Of a stretch of DNA of 64,000 nt, positions 25,459 to 39,363 are shown one piece after another (the stretch's first letter is position 1; each line of letters begins with the position of its first letter). The notes under the pieces were generated by a model, which was not told the DNA's origin, did not search any database, and saw only the letters and a program-made list of their open reading frames with translations. The DNA is from Tubiluchus corallicola (Eukaryota > Animalia > Priapulida), in assembly GCA_030141605.1 (NCBI GenBank), contig JAQGDQ010000012.1:1134359-1198358 (forward strand), written 5' to 3'. The translations under genes and the position numbers were made by a program.

Positions 25459-28400
25459 TCAGTACTTTGGTCGTTTGTATGAAGATCCATCATCACCATC
25501 TTGCCGCCGTTTTATTATCTGTAAATGAAAAAGAAAGCTAGCTATTATACATGATTAATTATACAGAAACAAATCAACCCTCCAGTCTATTACTTTAGAG
25601 TCTAGTCTGCATTATCAATCTGCTTATTCATTTTGCTGCAGGTTGTCTTTGTTAACTTTCCACACAGTCTGACAAGCCAACAGTTTGGTTTCCAAAAATT
25701 TACTGTAAATAAACACAAAAGAAGCTAAAAATATTATGTTGTCAACACAGTTTTGTTACACTACTACAATGTTTTGCCTTTGCAAATGCATGCATAGGGA
25801 TTCAAATTTCCAGAGACAGTGGGTAAGAAAATATAAGCTGTACAGCCTCACATGCACTTTGTCTGGCTGGGTGTTAAATTAATCACTCTGTAAACATGAT
25901 CTTAGTATGATATAGTTGTACATATATAGCCTGGAATAATGTAGCTGTACGTATATTTCAAAGATTTGTCACATTATACTCGTAGGTATTCATTATCGAG
26001 ACTCGAATTAAAATACATGTCAGTCAAATCGTATTAGAATGCGAACCTCTCTTAACGCCCATATTTTTGGCCAAATAAAATGTTCACATTTGGATAGATA
26101 TGCGGGAGGCATAAAAAATGTGCTGAAGTGAAGACTACAACAGTATTAGAAGCATTTGCCCTGCAAAGTTTAAATTTCACAGCATGCTATTACAATATAT
26201 TAAGTTTTAGCTGTAAAAGTTACAAGTTACTCGCTTAATGCCACCTTTTTTAGTCCCAAGAAAACTGTATAAAGAGGTTTTTTCTGCATTCATTAGATAA
26301 GTTAGTAGTGTACTTTTTCATTCCACACCAGAGACTACGTGTCTGCATAATGCTATTAGCTAAATACAAAACCTTTAGGAGGGTAGGATTAGCAAGAGAG
26401 CATGGTTATTAATATTCCGTGCAAGTTACCCCTAATCTAGTTTGAGAAGAAGTTTTAGCTCTGAGATTTAGCGATTACTCCTCTCCACTTATCAAACAGT
26501 AAAACATGAAGATTACGCACATTACTGATTTTTGCCCACTGTTGATCGAGTTTCTGTTTTTCAGTCTTCTCGTTGAAATTGCGTCTAGTCTTTCGGCCTT
26601 CAGTCATCTTAACTCCAAACTGGAAAGCTGCTCTGTTAAAACAATGTAAATAGATACTTCACTGGCAACCTGACTTTGCGACAAAAAAGTAGTGATACAT
26701 GTACATTCATAATTAGAGAACTGATAAGCAAGTTATGAAATTGAGTAGTACAAGCATGAAATTTCAGAGTAGGTCAGTAAGGTAATACATGAGCCACTAC
26801 ACAAACCTTCTATCATCTACAATTGTGTACAGGTCCATGAACAATTATTAGAATTGCTATGAGATGAAACACTGGCACTTTTGTCTTTCTGGTGGTTATT
26901 TTCCTGTTTACTGACAATTCAATGATTTCGTAAACAAAAAAAATGGCAAGACTTCATGTACCTGATGTTCAGTTATGTAAATTTACTGATATTACAGCCA
27001 AATAGCTAATGAGTTTTATGCTAACACATGTAAGGCTTATAATGTCTCTGTCATTCCTACCTAATATACATAATTAATTTTAAACCTTACCAAATATACT
27101 TACCTATACAGTAGGCGTCGCTTAATAGACTCACTTTGGGACCAAAGTGTTTTGACCCAATTAACCGACTGAACCTATTAACCGATGGGTGTAGTAATAC
27201 TGGTATAGAGATATGAGTTCACCAGCTTACTGTGCACTGCAAAGGTTTTTATTGAATTTTAGAAACCTTGTAAAGCTTAAATTCCTTTGTACAGTTAAAA
27301 ATTAGAAAACATATTTTAAAATATTAAGTTATATAAGTGAATTAGCAATAAATTAAAAAGTACACTTTTTTAACCCGCACAAGTCTACTTATTTGCAAAA
27401 ATTACAAATTTTTTTTGAAAAATGGCTGCTTCATTTTATCACAAAGAAGTTGGCCCACAAAGTTCTCAAAATAATAAAAATGTTGAAAATCTGTTGTTGC
27501 ATGATGCACAAATTCTCGTAAAATACTTAGTGCTAGGCATGCTTAAACTGTTGGTGGTGCCCGCAGCTTCGTCTGTAGCTTCGCCTAAGCTCCAGCTTGC
27601 TATAATTCTGACGTACTTACTGTACTGTACCTGCGTCCAAGGCATAACAGCAACAGCTAAGTGATTAAACTTTCTGGCAGAGACAGCCAGAGCTTCAAAA
27701 GCAAACCGCTAAACAAGAGATTAAATGTTTAGCTTCCAGGAATTCTTGGGTAACAAGATTAATTGCAGTGGACCAGCCGGTCAAAGCAAACTATTAGGCT
27801 AACATAATTAGGGTACCCTAAATGTTTCTGCTTACAAACAAAACAGTATTTAACATGATTGTTTCTATGTATATTATAGGACAAAAGCCAACTAAGATGA
27901 TATAAAAATCACATAAGCTTTTTAGTCACTTGAAAGTGTCTTATTGAAGCATGTGAAGGAAAAATATTGAGTCAATTATGCGGAGTTATTTGAGACAATT
28001 ACCAGTAGTTTTTATGTACATTTGAATAGAAGCGGCCCGTACCAGACGTATTTGAGTAAATTAAGCGATTGAGTTTATTAATCGTGAGTCTATTAAGAGG
28101 CACCTTCTGTATTTTGATTTTGTCAAATCAATGACGTAGTGATTTTTAGACATTCTAAAAAAACAAGATCTTCATAATGTTAAAATTACGTTAAAAAATA
28201 CAGATAAATTTAGTCTGTATTAAACTGGAATTTCCCGTCCCAATCAAGTGCGTCAAGCGGAAAATGAACTGGAAATCAGCATACAAGGGATGGAAAACTG
28301 AAAGACCTTATTATTGCAGCAATATATAAAGACAAGTAGAGAAAATTTTAATGTGCAAAACGAAAGTGTGAAATTGATGGGCGGCCATACTTTGGTAAAG

Positions 28401-31400
28401 CTTCCTTTGTAGACATGTAGTCCTGATACTCTTCTTGTGTATCAAAGTCCCATCGCCCAACAGGCCCTTTCTTGTTTCCAAGGTCCATTTTACTGTAATC
28501 CACCTCATCGTCACTATCATCCACAGCATCCATCATCTCCGGGACACTAGAAATGGAAATGGAACCGTTACCTTCAGCATGCTGTAGAAAGTGAAATCAA
28601 AGAGACAATATCATCTCTCATCCACCAAAAAATCAGTAAAACTGTCATTTCCACAAAAATCAAAGTTGTTATCACACATGGTATATTGAAAAACCAATAA
28701 ACACTTCATCTCAGACATACTGCAAAACCAGTGAAAGTGATATTGCATTGCTTGCACTAGTCAGAAAATTTGTTTCTGTTTGAAAAACGGCATATGCAAT
28801 CTTATGAAACACGGTTTGCTTTGAAAGGATATTACGTGACCTTTTAAATCACAAAATAAAGATATTTGCACAATATCTTGATATCACTTTTATGATTGAA
28901 ACACAAATTCCTTAATTCAACACTTACGCAATTAAAAACAATGTAACAAAAGTACTTGATAAAGAAAGTTTTACAAAGAAACGGCATGAAAGGAGTGACC
29001 CAAGATAAACCTAAAAAAGTATGTGGAGTCAGCATTAATTGCTAATGCACATATAAAGTTTCATACTAAAAAAATACTAACCCAGGATAACATTCAGCAT
29101 AACTGTCTTCCTGGACAATTTTCTTAGCACTTTTTTGTTTGTATTTTTCTTCCTTCTCCATGTCCAATCTGGCTGCATCATCATACTGTTAATGATTTTT
29201 CAAATAAACATTATGCAAAAAGCTAACAAAATTTTTCGAAGATTTCGAAAATCGCAAAATAAATTACACTTGCATTTTTCACTAACACTTTTCATACAGT
29301 TAATTAAGCGGAAACATGGGTATTTATGTGGCAGTCACTAAACTTGTTTTGTTCCGATAGAGGTTTCGGAGTGCGGTATAGGTAGATGCATGTAACAGCA
29401 TTAGTCTCCATGTTAGTTAACAGTAAAGAAACAGGAAACCTTTTAATAAATATTGGCAAGAAATATATTTCTTTTCAGATTGTGACAAGATATGCAGTAA
29501 CATATGACATAATTTCTACTGAAGTTAAAGAAGTTGCAAAGAAATATCTACACTAGAGTGTACTTACCTTAGAAAATTTGTCATTAATAGATTTAACCAT
29601 GTCTTTTACTTCTCTCGCTGAAGGTCTATCGTCTCTTTCTCTAAAAAAACGTAAACACAACTAATTCTGAAATTAAGAATTCATTAAGAGAACTTTTATA
29701 ATGGATGCCAAGTTATGCTTATTACTTTAATATAATTATTCAAGGAATTTTCCATTTCTGGTCTGGCACCGGCGATCTAAATTTACACAACTAAAATTTT
29801 AACAAACGAAGTATGAGAAGCTTGTATGCCAGACAGGCGACATTATAATTTATTGCAAAATACAAAATAAGAATGAAAATGAGATAAATTTCCTGTTAAA
29901 ATAAGTACGGTAATTGGAAGAAAACATATTTATTTATTATTTATTACATACAGGAATGGTACAGTACATATTAGGAAGCAGATACAATGTGCACGTAGAA
30001 GACAACGCATAATACAATGCAGGTGTAAATGATGGGTGACAATAACAAGATTACAAACATATAATAATTACACAATTACGCAGTAATACAATTATTCAAA
30101 AATCAAGCAATAACGAATTATAATTACAAAAAAACATATCATATTAAACAAGTACAGAAAAAGGAGTTGTCAAAAGCAGAAAGTGTTTATATATGTATGT
30201 ACACATTAAACTGTCAAAACATAGACATTATCAAAACACTAGCATATTAATTATTATCATAATATAAAATAAAAATAAAAACCTGTCAGCATCTCTATCA
30301 GTTCTGTCTCGGTCCCTCTTGCTTCGCCCTCGGTCCCGTTCATCAATTCGTTCACGTTTTTCCTGTGCAAAGTTGAAAATTTGAACATTTAGGCATAAGT
30401 ATAAATCATGCAGAAATTGTTGGTGCATTACAAGCCAACCCTATTTAGGGTGAGCACAGCCGAGAGCTCAGAGTGTATGCTTTGCAACTGAAATCAAGTA
30501 GTGCCAATGTCAGGTTTAATGCTCGCTTTGGGTGGGCGATTTTATTTACAACAAATTCTAGAACACAAATACTACAAAAAACTTAATGAATATGCTGAAA
30601 GATCACAACAAACCAAGGGACATTCATGAGTATCCTCCATGTTTTTTAACCAGGCTAGTTAAGAAGTGGGTCATTTCATTTGATTAAAAAGAGGGCAAAA
30701 AAGGTCAATTTCAATACATTTCAATATTTACGATTTGGGTAACAAGTAACATGCTAGTAAATTGATTAGCTGAAACACTAAATTTCTTATTGCATTAAGC
30801 AAAAAATCGTTAATTAACGAAAAAACAATAGGGCTTTAGTTTTAATTAATAACAGTACGAATGTGCTATACCCCAACTAATATGCCAGTGGCCTACCTCT
30901 GCACAAAGGTTGATATTGCTCAAGGGTTGATCATCACAAAGCCAGCACAGAAAATGTGGAGAAAAGATTTTTTATGAAAGTTTAGTTGTAACAAAACTGA
31001 AAACTAACATGAGAAAAACAGTACAAAATTCATTACTGCAGGGAGTAAATTTTCAGCTGGGAGCCTGGTACAGTAACCTCTTCAACGAGGTACAGTAGGT
31101 AGGTACTTTCAAATTAGTTACCATATAGTTCTATGCACATGGGGAATGGGAACTCTACATTGTCCTATTAAGTACGGAAATTGTCGAACATTTTTTTAAC
31201 ATGCAGCATATTGCAAGAGGTTTAGAAATCGAGAATAAAAAAATAAATTTTGATGAAACCATGAAGCACTAAGACATTTTTTTACTTTCTATACAGTAAC
31301 AATATGATATTTACTCTATCATTATTATTCACCTTTCATTTCTTTCTTTTTATTATATTTTGTGCCTTTTCACTATGTTCTGCATTTTGTTTGCAAATAA

Positions 31401-34400
31401 ACCCCATTGATTTAAATAATTATAATTTTGAAATTTGAATTTTGTTTTGCATGTAATTTTGTTAAAATATAGGTTATGCTGATTTAAAGAACTACAAAAT
31501 AAAAGTTGATCAAATTTCTAGTCACCAACTTTATTGCAGTATATTGTATGAAATATTAAAACAGCATGAAGTATTTTGAGTTTGTAGCACAAAATTTTGC
31601 CATTCGAAATAATTCTGGTGCTTGGTTCTTTTTATTTTTTATTGCTTGCATGTATTATTGCAATTACGTTTTCATTTGCTTTTCATGTTGATGTTATTTG
31701 ATGTTGTTGTTATGATTGTGTTTGGCTTGAGATTTGTTTTAGTTATTTTGTTAATCATGCAATCATTATGACTTTTCATTTTGAAGTTTTCTTTATAAAT
31801 AAGTATAGTGGCATTGGCCACCTTAACATGGGATGGCAGCAGCGACGATAGTATGGTCTCTCTGTCATTCCATCTCACAAGTTATACTTGAAAGTTGTTG
31901 TTACTTGTATTTGTGATATCTAAAGAGACAATAAACAATTCTATTCTATTCTAGTCTATGTGGGGTTGAAACATTTTTGACCTGGCAGCTAGCCTTTAAA
32001 TAAGCCACTGAGTTATGGATTCTCATTCTTCTGATGGAGAAAACAATCCCTTTTTTTATTAAGGGAAGGAAATAGAATTCTTTGCTTCTAATATTGTACA
32101 ATAAATGATAAAAAACATAATTCTGAATATAATTTTGTCAACACAAATAAAATTGTCAACACACGCACGCATGCACACACACAAAGTAAATGAGGAATTT
32201 GTAAGCTTTTCTAGTTTGTAAGTTGTTGCAGAGATTCAATGAAAATATATTTTTGCAAAAGTAAAAAGGCCTAAATGTTAATTACCTCATCATCTCTCGG
32301 CTTTTCAAAATATGATTTGGGTTTATCTTTTTTGTCCTTTTCCCGTGTCTCTCGTGGCTGTTTAGCTACGGTGGGAACATATTCACCTATATCAGCATAT
32401 ATATTCTCATCTGCTCCAGGTAATTTTACTTGTTTTCCCACATCCATTTTTCCTAAAAAGTGACACTATGAGCTCAAGTATGAAAAATCACTTGCTTTCC
32501 ATTACAGAGAAAACAAAATCAGTTTCAGATGAGAGCTACAATGAAACTAGTAGGTAGAAAACGACATTGTAACTACATTCACCGTTTAGCATGATCAAAC
32601 CATATTCATTGCAAACAGAATGTTGGTCTTGGTCCAGCGATCCACCTAGAGGGCACATTTCACCAGTACTGGTCATAAGCTTGGTATTGTAGGCGCCAAA
32701 TTTTTCTGGTAATGATTTTGGGCTTGGTTTCAAGCACACTGGAACTAATCTTGATCTTACTCTCAAAATTTGGTCTTGATATTAAATCCAATTTATGCAA
32801 AATGTCATTAATTTTAGTGACTGACAGACTAATCAGCTTGTCATTAATTATTGATCAATTCAGTAAACTACTAAGCCGATGCTGCCGTAAAAATTGCTAA
32901 ATTTATAAAGTAAATAAAACTAAAATATTTAAAACTCACAGCAAAAGTTTTGACATGTTTAGCATATTGTTACGATAAATTTACACATGGCAACAATATT
33001 TCATTCAACTGCTTTCCCAATGAGATACAATTAACATTGTTCTGGATATCAAAAAAATGATAACATTGTGTTACTGAAATTTTATGGGAATACACTTTAC
33101 ACATAAAATAACTTCATAATTTATTCAACTTGTGATTGATCGGTGTCGGTGAACAGCAAAGTTGATCAACTTGTGATCGGCTTGACACCCAAAAATGTAG
33201 ATTAGCACACCAAAAGTTAATTTTAGTTTTGTTAACATAGTAGTTTTTTAATTATTTACATCATTTACCACAAGAAAGTCTTGGCATCATCTTGGTGATA
33301 AAGGTTGAAAATTCTTGAAAGTCTTGAAAATTATTGACTAAGACTCGATAACACTATTTTTGTGTACAACTTTTATCAACTTTAACAAGGTGTAGTAGCC
33401 ATCAGTACAATTAAACATCTATTGTAGCCTATATTACTAATATTTAGCAGCTATTCATTGTGACCCAACATATTTGGAACTACGTAATTCAACCACACCA
33501 GTGATTCAGTAGGTTCCTATTAATTACCAGCTAACCTCATAACCGTACCTTTATCCTTTTTCTTTTTTCTTCGTTCTCCCGACCGCAGATAAGAGAGCAC
33601 CTGTGTCAGCTTTTGAATCACTATGTCATTTGTTGACAAGGTAGTGGTAGACTGAAAATGATTAAAAATGGCTAGCGGAAAGCGTATAACAAAAAGCTAA
33701 TTCTTAAACAATTTATATAAGAATGGAATGCTATAAGTACTAGAATAATGACTGATGCACAGTAATAGAAGATCACAAGATAATCTTAAACACAGCGACT
33801 AATTAACAAATTAAAGTACAAGTAATGTTACTCATTGCTTAATGAAAACAATATTATTTGAACTGTTGAAGCATAGTCACGACAGCCTTTAACAACCTGT
33901 AAGGTGATCGTAGAAAGGTGATCGTTGAACTGCAACAAATAGGTGCATCTCTTAGTTCAATGTGAGTTTCTATGGTGATTCTATTGGACATAACACTACA
34001 GTCATTGCTTCCATAAATTGACAATTATTGATGTTAATACCTCTATACTGGGACAGTCTGCTTTACTTCTAATCAGTGTAGTTGGAATATCAGAATCGGC
34101 AAACTCATCGTCCAAATCTACTATGTACACCATTCTACGTGGAAGAAACAATTCATTTCGCTCATTCTTTTGCCAGCGAAAAGCAGCTCGGTAGATGTTC
34201 TTGCCTAAATAAAATGCAACAGAGCGAAAAATGAAAAGAAAAAGAAAACGGACAATAAATGTATGAAAGGAGTATAAAGCTCTCTGGCAAACTAGCAAGT
34301 TTTTAGACACCCGACACTGATGAGACACTACAGAAATCTTCAGCTGCCACAATGTGAGTTTGGCGTTATGCTTTAACAGTTTAGGAAATTGGTGAAATTC

Positions 34401-36643
34401 ATGTTGAGCCAAAGGCTACATGTTAATACCGAAAATTTTTCTAAGGATGTTTTCCATTAAACAGATATAAGGTAATACTACCTTAAAATGCAAAAATGCT
34501 TAGGTGTAAAAATAATAAGACTGGACCAGACAAGATTGGAAAAACCACTGTGAAAAGCTAAAAGAAAATGCATACACCAAGGACAAGAAGTAAAGACCGA
34601 TAATAATATCACAGATAGGTAAAACAAATTTTGTATTAACCAGTGGTCAATAATAAGTTTATTACACTGTTAGTTCTAATATCATAACACTAAATTACAT
34701 GAAATTACAAGAAATGCTGCGGCAGAAACTTTAGCAGATATTGCCTAACTATTGATGCCATTTATTCATACACGGCCTTGCACATTTGATTATACTGGTG
34801 GCTATATCGTGTGTCTTAACTTATGTGTGTCAAGTTGAGCTGACATTCCAGTCCTGAGTAAGACTGAAGTGTGTTTCACTATGTTAAATGCAGATAATTT
34901 CACTAGGCTAAAAATACCAGTGTAATATTACTAGTGTAAAACCAGTAATAATTTCAGTCACAAATGTCTGAAGCAATGAATTTGTTAAAATTTTAGAAGA
35001 TATTCACCCAGTTTTGTTCTAAATTGTATTTTTTCTTCTTCTTCCTGTTCCTTGTCTCTAAAAAATTATAAACAATATTTTCAATTTAAACATGAACTTA
35101 CAATAAGAGAACATAAGAACAAGTGAAAAGTTAAATACAGACGTACTTGGCACAACAAGTATTTTTGGCTGAGTTACACAGGGATTTAAAAATAAGATAA
35201 TAAACATCCTTACTTATCTTTCTTTTTAGTAACTGTATGTTCCATCATATCCTCTTGTTCTTGCTCTTTCGCTAAAATCTCACTGCGCACCTATAAATGG
35301 AACAGTAAACTTTAAAGCACAATGTGAAAAAAGTATTATCAGACTCCTACCTATTTTGCCGCAAAAGTCAGTTTTTAATAAAAATTATTTATAAGCACTA
35401 TGGAACGATATACAAAAAAAAACGGTTATAGTGATAATGCAATTGTACTTGTAATCAAATACCAAGTGGAAAGTGCAACTCTTGTAACAAAAAACAATCT
35501 GTAAAACTTTCAATGGCGTACCTTTTGCAAAAGGGCATAGTCGAGACCTCTCACTAAATGAGTGTGTTCCATGTCACCACCCAAAAATTTCGATTCCTGA
35601 ATCATTTGTCTCCTCCTTTCAGCTGCATCTACTGTCCTGTAAGAAAAGAGAACTAATTTAGTGAAATGTGTTACTACTGTGTAAAGTAATTTAAGATCTC
35701 TATTTGCTTCACATTAAAATAAATTCAAATGATAACGATGATGATGATTCTAAAGAATAATTCCTCTTTATCTCCCTTGACACGGCTGCAAACAGTGCTG
35801 AGGTACACAAGCAACGCTATTAAATACATAGACTTTACTTTAAATACATTAAAAACAATTAGTTGCAAAAGTGTAAATTGTAAATGATATAATATTTTAT
35901 TTTTTTTTGGTTGGAACTAACAACTTACGAGCTGATATCTGGTGCCACTGCCCTGTAGTTAGCCGTGGTGCTTATAAGTTCCACATCAGCATAATCCTTG
36001 TTGTCACCTTCTCGGCGCTCTCTAGCCTAAGAAGTTAAATAACAAACCTTTACTTTTACACTAAATGTTGCTATTCAGCCTTTTTTAGGTTGAGAAAAGA
36101 AATACAATAAAATGTAGATCTAGCACAACTAACCCTGTCACGATATTTCTTAGCCAACTCAGCCTGTTTTTCTTCTTCCATTTTCTTCAACTTTGCATAG
36201 AAGCTCTTTTTCTTTTTCCTTGCCTCGGCCGCTTCATGTCCATGTTCAACAATTTCTGCTTTGCTTTCCATACGAATTTTTGGTGTCGGCATTGTGGATG
36301 GGGTGTGCACCGATGCCGGTGTCATCAGCAGCTTACGGAAATCAGCATTCGTCATAGGATGACTATTAAACAGTTACATAATTAATGAGCAATTGTAGTA
36401 GAACAGACTTTAACAGAACTAAATTATTACAGAAGTAATAAAGTTAAGAGAAACCACCAATTACGCAAAGCTGATAAAGAGGGAGAGAAACGATTTTTAA
36501 GCCTGACTTAATTTCAACATAATTTAAACATAATTAAAGAAATGTAGTGGTAATCATATCACTTACAGTTCATCTTCTCCCTCGTCATCATCAGAATGGT
36601 TAAGATGTTCCGGTGGCAGTGGATTTGAATATGGACCATCCAT
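25459..36643 (-). CDS. IK: Protein Red / IK (spliceosomal B-complex factor, SMU1 partner), 15 coding exons, ~554 aa
   Basis: Minus-strand exons 36567-36643, 36134-36362, 35929-36026, 35522-35636, 35214-35290, 35008-35057, 34041-34204, 33549-33651, 32286-32452, 30283-30362, 29568-29640, 29082-29185, 28391-28546, 26521-26632, 25459-25518; all in phase (1665 nt). Diagnostic peptides: YSNPLPP, TNADFRKLLMTP, KYRDRARERREG, ESKFLGGDMEHTHLVRGLDYALLQKVR, DIPTTLIRSKADCP, SYAECYPG, DYSKMDLGNKKGPVGRWDFDTQEEY, KEALPKAAFQFGVKM, C-terminal KRPKY. Confidence 0.96.
27109..28109. mobile_element. pogo/Tigger-type (Tc1/mariner superfamily) non-autonomous element with TA target-site duplication, in an IK intron
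   Basis: Left end TA|cagtaggcgtcgcttaatagactc; right end gagtctattaagaggcaccttctg|TA (reverse complement cagaaggtgcctcttaatagactc). This gives a ~24 bp TIR plus subterminal attaaccga repeats. Confidence 0.82.
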
Positions 36644-36849
36644 GATGCTTTCACTACAATAAGTTGGCTGCCAAAATTACTTAGTTTTGACGACTAGGAT
36701 TGACACGAACCCTATAAAGTAAATATGCAAATCTAAAATTTAAATGGAACATATTAAATTGAAGCTTAATGTAATAAAAAAAAGTATAAAGGGTGACAAG
36801 GCTCTACTGATAGCTTATATTTTTTAATTATTACTCAATTTTCCTCAAT

Positions 36850-38800
36850 GAAAGCAACTTAGCTGTCCCCAGCAATGTTAATGAAATTTAGACAACAGTG
36901 GTAACAAAGCAGTTGCTTGTTTTTTCGATTTGAAAAAAGCTTATGACTGTGTATGGCGAGATGGTCGTTTAGTCAAGTTATTTTTAATCTACCATATAAC
37001 TGGTTGTGGATTAAAAGTTTTTTTTATCAAACAGACATGCCAGGTGTCTGGTTAATGGTTATTACGGTTCTGAGTTTGTTTCTTCCAAGGGTTTACCACA
37101 AGGGAGTGTTGTTTCACCAACTTTATTCAACATTTTAATAGCTGATATGTCCAAGTCTATACTGGGAAATCATTGCAAGTATGCAGATGGTGGTACTTTA
37201 TGGCACACTGGTCCGGATGTCATCAGTTTAGCTTCACTAGTTTGCTCTGACGTGGAACATACTATTAACTAGTGTTCATTATGGCATATGTCACTTAATT
37301 TAAGTAAAACTGAAATTACTGTGTTTAGTAGAGTTCCTTATATACTACCTAGTAATTCACCTTTTTTGTGTTAATGATGTGTTGTTAAACAGAATCGGTT
37401 TTAAAAGTTATTTGACATTACCCTTTCACACCTAGATTGCAAAACTTTCAATGAAAGCTAGCAAAGTTCTTTCATACATTAGAGAAATGAAAGGTGTTGC
37501 TAATATTTCTACAGTACATCTACCAAGTATTTGTAAATCACTTGTTCGTTCGTTGATGGAATATGGTGTTATCATCTGGCAAGTTACAGTTCCTAAAGAA
37601 CTGGCTATATTAGAAACTGTTCAATGCAAGGCTTTGGCTTTATGTCTGGACCTTCCTTCGACTTCTGGTGTTGAAACATTCGAGGTAGCCAGTGGTGTAC
37701 CTCCGCTGATTTACGATTTTCTGAACTTGCTGTTACAGAGCTCACAAAAATTTAATCTAAGCCACTGTCTAATCCTCTGAATCAATAGCTAGAAGAAATT
37801 AAAGCAAGCGGTATGGGTAATATCAAGTTTTTTCCTCCTATGGCAAAAGCTGTTTCTCTGGCACGTGAGGTTGAAAAGAATGGGAAGATTATAATGTCTC
37901 AGTTGGTTCTGAAAGTTGATTTCAATCTAAATGACAATTTTACAGATAATCCGCTGGCTAAACCTAATTATTGGATTGTACTAGGATCCTCAAGGAATAG
38001 GTCAGAAGCATAAGAACAACTTGGGAAAGTCTTAGTTTTGAATTCTTTATCCAGGATTCCAGAAAATGCTGTTTTTGTATTTACTGATGGTTCTTGTATT
38101 GACAAGGCCATGTAGAGCGGAATCAGTAATTTGCTCACATTTTCACGAATTTCATCAGATCAGTAAACGAGTAGCATTGCGTGGATCCATACTGTAGGCT
38201 TAACTCTTTGCTGTATTTGCTGTTTTACAGTTGCAGAGCAAATAAGCTTTATATTTACAGATGTTAGAAATGTAACAGTTTTTTCAGACAGTCAGTGCTC
38301 TGTTACAAAGATTTATGTGATAGTATAAAAATTTATGTTACATTTTTTTCTAGTATTGATATTCACGTTAACTTTGTGCAGGTTCCTGGTCCTTGTAATA
38401 TTATTGGAAATGATCTCGCTGATTCCTTGGCTAAAAACGCTGCCAATGATGCTCAGTTTATGGATACAAATTCCTGTATTTACACTTTGCAAGACGTCAA
38501 GAATGCAAGCCATAAAACTTTACATCGTAAATGGCAGTTTCGGTGGAATCGCTCTTAAAATGGTAGACTCTTCTATAACTTGTGTCATCCTATGATCTTC
38601 AATAGAAGGCTAGATTTTGCGTAAAAGCCCAAGTATTTCCAAGTTTCTTCAATTACATACGGTCTACTCTAAACTTAACTACTATCTTCATAAGATTGGA
38701 GGCGTTAATTCGCCACTCTGTAAGCGGGGTTTAATCGCAACCTACATCTTATTAAATTTACCAAAATTCTTAAATACTCATCCACAAAAATTCACAGATT
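36850..38800 (+). mobile_element. Decayed non-LTR retrotransposon with RT and RNase H (I-group-like), 5'-truncated
   Basis: Fragments FFDLKKAYDCVWR, GLPQGSVVSPTLFNILIADM, KYADG, SLVRSLMEYG, then RNase H motifs VFTDGSC, FSDSQC, VPGPCNIIGNDLADSLAK, KWQFRW, and LNYYLHKIG..SPLC. Many stops and frameshifts. Confidence 0.88.
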
Positions 38801-39363
38801 TTGACGTCGCTTAACTTTGGTTTCATTACGTTCCACTTCCAGGCTAGAAATAACTCGGTTTTAATATTGTAAAAATTTAATCACTGAACATTTCCTTGCT
38901 CGCTCCATATCTTTCGTTTGTGCTTTGTGCGAAAAAAAAATTTCATCAAGCTAACGAGACGAAGTTTCGAGCTAAATATCGCAGTTATCCGCTAGATTAG
39001 GAGATAACAAACATAGGTTGTTAGCCGATTACTGAATTTAAATAAAAAACTACTGCCTGTTGGCAAAGTAGGTACAGTAAATTATGTCAGCAACTCAGTG
39101 TGCACAAGTTCGCACACAAAAGCAATTTTGTGGTACACGGCTTTCTAAAGTTTATATTTATGTAACGACAACGTACTATATGGATCGGCTTTGAGTTGTA
39201 AGAAAATTATTTACCATAAAATGAAAAACAAACTACAAATACAAAATCCAGTAAAGAGCAAAACAATCATACTTCGTATACCAGTGTTACTCTTGCAGTC
39301 TTTACTTTAAGATTTCTGCTATTGCTAGTGCAAGTATGTCATCTTACAGGTGTTGTGTACGAT

